Assembly: GCA_934101185.1 (NCBI GenBank)
Contig: CAKOQD010000002.1
Location: forward strand, 11,554-75,553
Direction: 5' to 3'
DNA length: 64,000 nucleotides
Source of the DNA: an uncultured Bacilli bacterium
GTDB lineage: Bacteria; Bacillota_I; Bacilli_A; RF39; UBA660
Of this stretch, positions 19,220-26,350 are shown piece by piece (within the stretch, counting starts at the first letter, position 1; each line of letters begins with the position of its first letter). The position numbers and the translations under genes are program-made. Below the pieces are notes generated by a model that saw only the letters and a list, made by a program, of their open reading frames with translations, was not told the DNA's origin and did no database searches.

Positions 19220-19492
19220 ATGGTAAATATTATTAAAGAAGAAATTGAAATTGAAGAATCTTTAGAATCGAGGTTAAGAGTAATATGTGATTTTTGTAAT
19301 ACTACTCCAACAATAATAAATGGTAGTATTAGAAGAATTGATAAAACTAATTTAACTTATATTGAACCACATAGAATATATATTAAAAACAATTTATATC
19401 TAGCATTTAATTATTCAAGTGATATATATGTTAATAATTTAGGTAAAAAGATTAAATTATCTGAATTAGAAGATTATATAAAATGTTTATAA
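19220..19492 (+). CDS. Small orphan protein, island paralog family A (copy 2)
   Basis: 90 aa. RBS agaaagga. Shares the invariant core ICDFCNTTPTIINGSIR-IDKTNL-YIEPHRI with 17095..17370. Confidence 0.6.
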   Translation: MVNIIKEEIEIEESLESRLRVICDFCNTTPTIINGSIRRIDKTNLTYIEPHRIYIKNNLYLAFNYSSDIYVNNLGKKIKLSELEDYIKCL

Positions 19493-19498
19493 AATACC

Positions 19499-19526
19499 TT
19501 GATTTTTAGAATTAATAGTATATAAT
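19499..19526 (+). promoter_or_regulatory. Sigma-A type promoter upstream of the recombinase-remnant leader
   Basis: TTGATT, 16 nt, TATAAT. Confidence 0.45.
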
Positions 19527-19575
19527 AAATAACCAATAAATGAGGAAGGTATCTTCTAGAAATGGAGGTACATCA

Positions 19576-19656
19576 ATGATAAGACAGAATATACATTTAT
19601 TAAAAATATTTATTATTGAATTAACTAGAGAGCGAGAGGTATTAGCTTGGATTTAA
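19576..19656 (+). CDS. Possible 26-aa leader peptide overlapping a terminator stem
   Basis: RBS aatggagg 7 nt before the ATG. The ORF runs into the 5' arm and loop of the 19627-19677 terminator. Confidence 0.3.
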   Translation: MIRQNIHLLKIFIIELTREREVLAWI

Positions 19657-19677
19657 TATCTTTTGCTCTCTTTTTTC
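19627..19677 (+). terminator. Strand-specific 17-bp stem-loop plus T-run (attenuator-like)
   Basis: agagagcgagaggtatt pairs fully with aatatcttttgctctct only if three G-U pairs are allowed, so as + strand RNA only. Followed by T5. Confidence 0.6.
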
Positions 19678-19699
19678 GTATTAAAAGGAGGAATATGTT

Positions 19700-20212
19700 A
19701 TGAATGAAGAAAAGAAAATAGCGGGTTTATATACGTGTATTAACGGAAGATCAGGCACGAGAAGGATTTAGTTTACCAGAACAAGAAAAGCGTTTAAGGA
19801 CTATGATGAGTTAAAAAAGAATTATAATAAACAAAGACAAAAAATAAATAAACTTAATAATCAGACAAAGGACTTAAATACAAAATCAGAAGAAATAAAA
19901 GATATTATTAATAATTTAAAAAATGAGAATTCTATATTAAAAGAAAAGAATAAAACTCTTCAAAATGAACTAAATAATCTAAAAGAATTATTTGAAAAAA
20001 TTAAAAATAAAATTAACAATCTATATCACTTCTTTGTAGATAAAATGTGGGGTAATAAAGAAAAATGTGATAAATATTATCCAGTTGCTTATGAATTATA
20101 TGGTAAGAATATTTTAGAAGAAGAACAAATAAGAGGTATATTAGGAACTAAAAATAGATTTGCAGAAATAGATAGAGATTCTAAATCAAAAGACGATGAT
20201 TTTGAATTATAA
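19700..20212 (+). pseudogene. Remnant of a large serine recombinase: frameshifted N-terminus with mutated catalytic Ser, internal deletion, C-terminal coiled-coil fragment
   Basis: Frame 0 gives MNEEKKIAG... then a stop at 19769. The +1 frame gives YIRVLTEDQAREGFSLPEQEKRLR (Y-x-R-V-S-T-x-x-Q motif with Ser replaced by Leu) then a stop at 19812. Frame 0 resumes as a start-less Asn/Lys/Leu-rich coiled-coil ending at 20212. Confidence 0.7.
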
Positions 20213-20249
20213 AAAAAGAGGAATAATATCCTCATAGTTAAATATAAGA

Positions 20250-20483
20250 TTATTCCTTAACATATCCAATGTTACTAGGTTTGCTTGGATCAAATGTTAA
20301 GTTGCAAATACTAGCAACAAGACCATAAATTCCAAAAGTAACAATTGTAAGGAAAAAATATGCTGCAGTTCTACTTCTATATCCTTCAGGTTTTAAATTA
20401 GTATGATTAATAATTATACTACCAATCCATCCTAAAAAGAATGTTAACAAAAATCTTACTACATTATTATTGTCTTTTTCCAT
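20250..20483 (-). CDS. Small two-TM membrane protein, TM2-domain-like
   Basis: 77 aa. FLLTFFLGWIGSIIINH and FFLTIVTFGIYGLVASI hydrophobic helices. Confidence 0.5.
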   Translation of the reverse strand: MEKDNNNVVRFLLTFFLGWIGSIIINHTNLKPEGYRSRTAAYFFLTIVTFGIYGLVASICNLTFDPSKPSNIGYVKE

Positions 20484-20555
20484 ATTACACTTACTCCTTC
20501 CAATTATAATTATACAATAAATTTTTATAAAAGTCTTTAATTAATGACAATTTTA

Positions 20556-20680
20556 TGATAATATTTATATAGATTGATTCATATGAATCGTTATTGCCGA
20601 AAAAAGTTGTAGACCTCTACGTCGTCGGCACCAGATTGATTGATAACTCGAACTTTTTATAGTTCGAGTTTTGATATATC
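20556..20680 (+). repeat. tRNA-acceptor-end-like element, copy 3
   Basis: TGaTAATAT extended -10. gattc-atat-gaatc hairpin. tgccga...tcggca stem enclosing the gttgtaga/tctacg hairpin and ending GGCACCA (20627-20633). Then a perfect 10-bp hairpin aactcgaact/agttcgagtt and TTTGATATAT. Confidence 0.6.
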
Positions 20681-20792
20681 TAAATTTATAATAAAATATT
20701 CATATAGATAAATTGAATTGAATCAATTTAGAAAACATACTTGCATAATGACTTAACCATTATGCAAATATATTGAAATATGGAGGAAATTT

Positions 20793-21323
20793 ATGAACGA
20801 AAAAATGTATTATTATTTATTAGAAAATAAACTATTAACGCATGGGATTGGAAATGTTAGTGACCAGGAAACATATTTTAAATTTGAATCAATAATCAAA
20901 AATGGTGGTCTAATGTCATTACAAAAATTAAAAGAATTAGGAATAAATGTATCTGGAAAAGTTAGTGGATTAAGAGATACACCTGAAAGTAGAATATCTT
21001 TTTTTAATCCATCCACCCCACAAATTAAAAAGAGATTATTATCAGAACACTTTTATTATTTTCTACCATTTAATCCTAACGTAATATTTTTTATAATTGA
21101 TGGAACAAATATTGATTTACAACAACATTCTGATATTTCTTTTGAAATAACTACAGAAAGTGGGTTTGTTTCTATTGATAATTTTAAAGGAATAATAGCT
21201 CCAAGCGAATGCATTGAATATATAAATAGTATTCAGAATAAGTATGGAATTTGTTTACCAATATATGATTTTGATTTTAATATGATGAATGATATAAATG
21301 ATAGTTTTAATAAATATAAATAA
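20793..21323 (+). CDS. Orphan 176-aa protein, possibly a distant paralog of 24904..25752
   Basis: RBS tggagga. Shares by eye the SIIKNGGL / EIVKNGLI block and the C-terminal ES-x-hydrophobic ... G-I-(I/L) block with the 282-aa ORF. Confidence 0.55.
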   Translation: MNEKMYYYLLENKLLTHGIGNVSDQETYFKFESIIKNGGLMSLQKLKELGINVSGKVSGLRDTPESRISFFNPSTPQIKKRLLSEHFYYFLPFNPNVIFFIIDGTNIDLQQHSDISFEITTESGFVSIDNFKGIIAPSECIEYINSIQNKYGICLPIYDFDFNMMNDINDSFNKYK

Positions 21324-21325
21324 TC

Positions 21326-21432
21326 AGAAGTTGTTCTACTTCTTCCTTTAGGGCACCATAGGAAAATTAGTCGAACTAATCGACTTTATATATGAAAGGT
21401 TAATCCTCGGTTAACCTTTCATATATGTTTTG
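21326..21432 (+). repeat. tRNA-acceptor-end-like element, copy 4, plus a 16-bp perfect-stem terminator
   Basis: agaagt-tgttct-acttct hairpin, tttagGGCACCA (21352-21358), agtcga-actaa-tcgact hairpin, TTATATATG, then atatatgaaaggttaa / ttaacctttcatatat stem. Confidence 0.6.
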
Positions 21433-21598
21433 AAAGAAGCTGATTAGTTATGCAAATAATAAAGGAAAAACTAGTATATATGAAACTGGTTTAATACGAA
21501 AATCTTCATATATTGCAATGGTTTTTAAAAAGAATAATAAAGAATAATATTGAAACACTAGATGAATTATTTAGATTAGACCCATTGCCATATGTAAT

Positions 21599-21627
21599 TT
21601 GCATTAAATATAAAATTGTGCTATAAT
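21599..21627 (+). promoter_or_regulatory. Sigma-A promoter with extended -10 driving the T-box leader
   Basis: TTGCAT, 17 nt, TGcTATAAT. Confidence 0.6.
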
Positions 21628-21633
21628 TTGTTC

Positions 21634-21892
21634 ATCGGCAATGACTAGGAATAGTAATTTTATAATTTATTTTAGAGAGTTATCGGTTGGTGAAAGATAA
21701 TATAAATTAAAAATGAAAGACACCTATGAGCTACTTGTTTGAAATTAATAGTAGAATAAGTCGGATGTAAACCGTTATCTCATTGAGTGATTATATATTT
21801 AATTTCTGTTTACATATATAATAAATTGGGTGGTACCGCGGATTATAACAGTTATTCGTCCCTTTGTGGATAATATAACTGTTTTTTATTAT
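21634..21892 (+). promoter_or_regulatory. T-box riboswitch leader, probable Asp (GAC) specifier
   Basis: AGAGAG bulge and GGTTGGTGAAAG distal loop in stem I. GAA-A-GAC-A in the specifier-loop position (GAC at 21719-21721). T-box sequence AATTGGGTGGTACCGCG (about 21824-21840). Terminator aacagttat...ataactgtt followed by T6. Confidence 0.8.
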
Positions 21893-21914
21893 ATATTGAA
21901 TAGGAGGAAGAAAA

Positions 21915-23228
21915 ATGAAAAAAATATATTTTAAAAATTTAAATGAATATTTTGGACAAGAAATAACTATTGAAGGTTTTGTCGATAATATTCGTGATTT
22001 ACAATATGTTCAATTTTTAATTGTTAGAGACACTACAGGTAAGGTTCAAGTAACAATTGAAAAAAACGAAAATAATAGTAAATTAAATGAAATTGTTTCT
22101 AATTTAGCAATTGAAAGCACGGTTAAAATTATTGGAACATTATTTAAAAATGAGAAAGTTAAACTTAATGGAATGGAGCTAATACCAAACGATATATTTG
22201 TAACTAGTAAATGTTTGGAGGAATTACCTTTAAACTATAAAGATAGCAAGTCCGCACTATTGGATACTAGATTAAATTATAGATTTTTAGATTTAAGAAG
22301 TGAAAAAAATATTCTTATGTTTAAAGTTCAAACTTGTATGATTAATGCTATGAGAGAATTTGTTATAAAAAATAATTTTACAGAGATCCACACTCCTAAA
22401 ATTATTAGTGTAGCAAGTGAATCTGGCGCAGAAGTTTTTGAAGTAAAATACTTTGATAGAAAAGCATATTTAGCACAAAGTCCTCAATTTTATAAACAAA
22501 TGGCTATGTGTAGTGGTTTTGAAAAGGTATTTGAAATTGCACCAGCATTCAGAGCAGAAAACTCTAATTCATATAGACACACTACAGACTTTACATCATT
22601 CGATATTGAGATGAGTTATATCGAATCTTTAGAAGAACTTATGGATTTTGAAGAAGATTTATTTATTGCGGGGTTATCCGCAGTTAAAGAAAAATATGGG
22701 GAACAAATCAAAGAATTATTTAATGTAGATGTTATTATTCCTACTAAACCATTCCCAAGAATTAAGTTAGAAGAATTATATAAGGAATTAGAAAAAGAAT
22801 ATGATTTTAAAATGAATTATGAAGATGTTGGAGATATGAATGCAGAATCAGAGAGATTAGCATCTAAGTATGTTATGGAAAAATATGGGCATGAGTTTGT
22901 ATTTATAACAGACTTTAGTGCTAAAAAAAGAGCGTTCTATCATAAGAGAGAAAAAGGTATTCCACAAGGGGCTGACCTTATTTGGAAAGGCTGTGAAACA
23001 ACTACTTTAGCATTAAGAGAACATAACTATGAAACTTTATGTGAACAAGCTAAAGAAAAGGGATTAGGAGAAGATGTTAAGTTTTATCTTGAATTCTTTA
23101 AATATGGTTGTCCCCCTCATGGAGGATTTGCTCTTGGAGTAGATAGAATAACTATGCTATTATTAGAAACAGGTTCTTTAAAAGAAACAATGTTTATATT
23201 TAGAGGTCCTAGTAGAATAGAACCATAA
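21915..23228 (+). CDS. aspS: Aspartyl-tRNA synthetase, short archaeal/eukaryal-like type (AspRS2)
   Basis: 437 aa. OB-fold N-terminus. Class IIb motifs FRAENSNSYRHTTDFTSFDIEM and PPHGGFALGVDR. C-terminal FRGPSRIEP resembles the archaeal-type FPRD-x-x-R-L-x-P tail. The T-box specifier GAC agrees. Confidence 0.8.
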   Translation: MKKIYFKNLNEYFGQEITIEGFVDNIRDLQYVQFLIVRDTTGKVQVTIEKNENNSKLNEIVSNLAIESTVKIIGTLFKNEKVKLNGMELIPNDIFVTSKCLEELPLNYKDSKSALLDTRLNYRFLDLRSEKNILMFKVQTCMINAMREFVIKNNFTEIHTPKIISVASESGAEVFEVKYFDRKAYLAQSPQFYKQMAMCSGFEKVFEIAPAFRAENSNSYRHTTDFTSFDIEMSYIESLEELMDFEEDLFIAGLSAVKEKYGEQIKELFNVDVIIPTKPFPRIKLEELYKELEKEYDFKMNYEDVGDMNAESERLASKYVMEKYGHEFVFITDFSAKKRAFYHKREKGIPQGADLIWKGCETTTLALREHNYETLCEQAKEKGLGEDVKFYLEFFKYGCPPHGGFALGVDRITMLLLETGSLKETMFIFRGPSRIEP

Positions 23229-23232
23229 AATT

Positions 23233-23254
23233 AAGGGGACAAAATCCTCTTTTT
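23233..23254 (+). terminator. Terminator after aspS
   Basis: aagggga / tcctctt stem (one G-U pair) followed by a T-run. Confidence 0.5.
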
Positions 23255-23255
23255 G

Positions 23256-23408
23256 TGTTATAATTGTATTAGTTGATAGTTATTACTAACTATTTCTTTT
23301 GCTCTAGAAGTTGTTCTACTTCTTCCATTAGAGTACCAGTTTAAAAATAAACTCGGACTTTTAAAGTTCCGAGAGTAATAAATTACTAACAGAAATGTTA
23401 GTTTTTTT
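23256..23408 (+). repeat. tRNA-acceptor-end-like element, copy 5
   Basis: TGtTATAAT extended -10. gctcta...tagagt stem enclosing agaagt-tgttct-acttct and ending AGTACCA (23332-23338). ctcgga/tccgag hairpin. ctaaca-gaaa-tgttag followed by T7. Confidence 0.6.
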
Positions 23409-23508
23409 GCTGTTTAAAAGAAAATGAAAAATTATATGTTAGCAATAGAAATAAAAATAGTAATTTATTAAGATTAATGATATGATTTAATAAACAAGGA
23501 GGTTACAA

Positions 23509-24822
23509 ATGAAAAATTTAAATAGTGAATTACTTAATAAATTTGACAATTTATATAAAAAAGATAAAAATAATAAAATAATAGAAAATGCAATTAAAAA
23601 TGTAGGTATCAATAAAGTTTGCTTAAACAATGAAATAGTTAACAAAACAATAAATATTTTTAATATAGAACTGCCAAAATCAAAAATATATAATCAAGAA
23701 GAATCAGAACGCTGTTGGATACATGCAGGTATAAATTTAATAAAAAATAATATTGCTAAAAACCTTAACATTGAAGAAAGTGAATATGCTTTATCTGTAA
23801 ACTTTTTAGCTTTTCTAGATAAGATGGAAAAATCTAATACTATTTATAACAGAATTATAGAAAATAATAATTTTAACTATGAAGAAGAAATTAAAAAAGA
23901 ATATTTAAAATTTGGTATATACGAAGGTGGATATTTTGAGTATTTTAAAGCACTAGTAAATAAATATGGAATTGTTCCAGAAAATGTTATGCCGGATGTT
24001 GAATGCAGTAAGAAATCTGAAGAATTAACCAAAATTCTTAGTGATAAAGTAAAAAAAGATATATTAAAACTAATTAAATTAAAAAAAGAAAAATGTAATA
24101 ATTTAGACGTTATAAAAGAAGAAATGCTAACAGAAAACTATAATATGTTAGCAAAATGTTTAGGAGAGCTACCTTTTAATTTTGATTATGAATATAAAAC
24201 TAAAGATGGAAAATATAAAAAAATCACTAATATAACTCCTAAAGAATTCTCAAACAATTATCTCACTATTAACTTAAATGATTTTATTGGTGTTGCTAAT
24301 GTACCAATGTACAACAAAGAATATAATAAGCTATATAGAAAAGAGCATACTGAAAATGTATATGAAAATAGTTATGTTGAATTCATTAATTTACCAATTG
24401 AAAATTTAAAAGATTTAGCGATTAAACAATTAAAAGATGGGGTTCCTGTATGCTTAGGTTGTGATATGAAAAAAATGCGAGCAGATAAATTAGGAATAAT
24501 GGATTCTAATTTATACAATTATAAAGATACATTTAATATTGAGCTATTATCCAAAGAAGAAGCATTATCCATACATGATATCGATTTTCAACATGTAATG
24601 TTAATTACTGGAGTTCATATTGAAGATGACAAAGCAGTTAGATGGAAAATTGAAGACAGTTATGGTGATAAAGTTCATAAAGATGGTTATTATATAATGA
24701 ATGATAACTTCTTTGATGATTTTGTAATAGAAGTCATAATTGATAAGAAACACTTAAGCCAAGATCAATTAGATATATTAAGCCAAGATCCAATTTTATT
24801 TGATGTAACTGAACCATTCTAA
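23509..24822 (+). CDS. pepC: Aminopeptidase C (C1B bleomycin-hydrolase family cysteine peptidase)
   Basis: 437 aa. Active-site context QEESERCWIHAGINL and a conserved C-terminal region. Confidence 0.8.
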   Translation: MKNLNSELLNKFDNLYKKDKNNKIIENAIKNVGINKVCLNNEIVNKTINIFNIELPKSKIYNQEESERCWIHAGINLIKNNIAKNLNIEESEYALSVNFLAFLDKMEKSNTIYNRIIENNNFNYEEEIKKEYLKFGIYEGGYFEYFKALVNKYGIVPENVMPDVECSKKSEELTKILSDKVKKDILKLIKLKKEKCNNLDVIKEEMLTENYNMLAKCLGELPFNFDYEYKTKDGKYKKITNITPKEFSNNYLTINLNDFIGVANVPMYNKEYNKLYRKEHTENVYENSYVEFINLPIENLKDLAIKQLKDGVPVCLGCDMKKMRADKLGIMDSNLYNYKDTFNIELLSKEEALSIHDIDFQHVMLITGVHIEDDKAVRWKIEDSYGDKVHKDGYYIMNDNFFDDFVIEVIIDKKHLSQDQLDILSQDPILFDVTEPF

Positions 24823-24903
24823 CAAAAAACTTAGTAAAGAACATTACCATTTAACACTAAAAATAAAAATGATATAATAGTTGCAAGATGTAGGAGGCTA
24901 ATT

Positions 24904-25752
24904 ATGAATAAAAATGATTACATAGAAATAACAGAAGAAAAATTAAAAGACAATTCTAAAAAGATTATGATAAATCAAATAAATAAATATTACAAATCAA
25001 AAGAATATGTAAATCCCAAATGTAAATATTCTGTTGGAGACAATGTAGTTTTAAAAAAAGGAACATTATTACATGGAACATATAAAAATATTGATGGATT
25101 AAAAGAAATTGTAAAGAATGGATTAATATCAAGTTGGTTTATAAATGATAGATTATCAAAATATCCAAGTTCTGTTGGTGTATGGAAATTAAAAAAAGAT
25201 TCCTTACTAAAAGACTATATAAATTTTTATTCTGGAGGCACTATTTTATATAGTGGTATTATTGAAAATGGTATAGACACACAAAAAAATAAGACCTCAG
25301 TTATTCCATATGATGAAATGCATAATATTATTGATATTACAAGCAGTATTAATTGTCATATGTGGACTCTAGAACAAACAAAAGAAGCAAGATTTATGCC
25401 TAGTTTTGTTCAAGATAGAATTCAAATAGGTATTATATTTAATGGAGACAATAACTACACAAAAGAATTACTGAAGGGCGACATATTAGAACCTGATTTT
25501 ATTGATGATGAAAATGTTAAGAATTTCGTTAATTCAAATTACTACGACAAATTTTTAAAAGATAGAAAAAACAAAGACGATTTCTTTACTGATCGAGAAA
25601 GTGCTATTTTATTTGGGTTACCATCGAACTTAATCGAAGGAATACTAGTTGGAAGAATATATGAAAAAGATGACTTAATTTTAAAAGAAATAAAAGAATT
25701 ATTACCAAAATGTTATATATGTAACCTAGATGGAAAAATAATAAAAGAATAA
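24904..25752 (+). CDS. Orphan 282-aa protein with weak ADP-ribosyltransferase-like motifs
   Basis: RBS taggaggc. LLHGTYKNIDGLKEIVKNGLIS near the N-terminal third and DRESAILFGLPSNLIEGILVG near the C-terminus. No firm family assignment. Confidence 0.55.
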   Translation: MNKNDYIEITEEKLKDNSKKIMINQINKYYKSKEYVNPKCKYSVGDNVVLKKGTLLHGTYKNIDGLKEIVKNGLISSWFINDRLSKYPSSVGVWKLKKDSLLKDYINFYSGGTILYSGIIENGIDTQKNKTSVIPYDEMHNIIDITSSINCHMWTLEQTKEARFMPSFVQDRIQIGIIFNGDNNYTKELLKGDILEPDFIDDENVKNFVNSNYYDKFLKDRKNKDDFFTDRESAILFGLPSNLIEGILVGRIYEKDDLILKEIKELLPKCYICNLDGKIIKE

Positions 25753-25789
25753 AAAACGTAAGATATGGAATTTTTTAGATGGTGATAAA

Positions 25790-26350
25790 ATGAAAAAACA
25801 TGTAAAAGTAATGTTTGGAACAACAAGCGGTGCAAAAAACAATTTTAATTATAAAATAGGTGAAGTAAATATCAGTGATAATTGGAATCCTAATGCTAGT
25901 ACTGGAAAAGAATTTGGAGGTTTTAATTATTGTAGTGAAGACTGTATTTTAAGATGGTTGCACAGGGGAGATACTATATATGATGTAGAAATTCCTAAAG
26001 ATGCTGAAAACATTAAAATAGAAGGTGCTACAACACTCTATAGAACTAATAAAATCATTATACAAAATCCAAAAAAGATAGATGATGAGTTAGCACTTCA
26101 TTTCTATAAAATATCAAAAATACCAGAAAAATCCTATTATATATCACTAGCAGTTGTCTCACTAATGAACTACAAAAAAACTGCATATCAGATATTGAAA
26201 GATAAAGTTAACAAAGAAAATATTGATTCAGTACTAGAAGATTGGAACGATTTTATGTGGCACAAAGGTAAAAATGATAGAAGAAATAAAAATGAACTAA
26301 TAAAAAAAATAGAAGATGAGTTATATAAAATAAAAAACATTAAGCTATAA
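25790..26350 (+). CDS. Orphan 186-aa protein
   Basis: RBS gatggtga. The block GGFNYCSEDCILRWLHRGDTIYDVEIP resembles a domain common in phage and island hypothetical proteins. Function unknown. Confidence 0.55.
   Translation: MKKHVKVMFGTTSGAKNNFNYKIGEVNISDNWNPNASTGKEFGGFNYCSEDCILRWLHRGDTIYDVEIPKDAENIKIEGATTLYRTNKIIIQNPKKIDDELALHFYKISKIPEKSYYISLAVVSLMNYKKTAYQILKDKVNKENIDSVLEDWNDFMWHKGKNDRRNKNELIKKIEDELYKIKNIKL

Noticed and set aside
21915-23228. Alternative call as asparaginyl-tRNA synthetase
   Set aside because: The C-terminal FRGPSRIEP tail and the overall layout fit archaeal-type AspRS better. The T-box specifier position reads GAC (Asp), not AAC/AAU. A non-discriminating Asp/Asn activity cannot be excluded.
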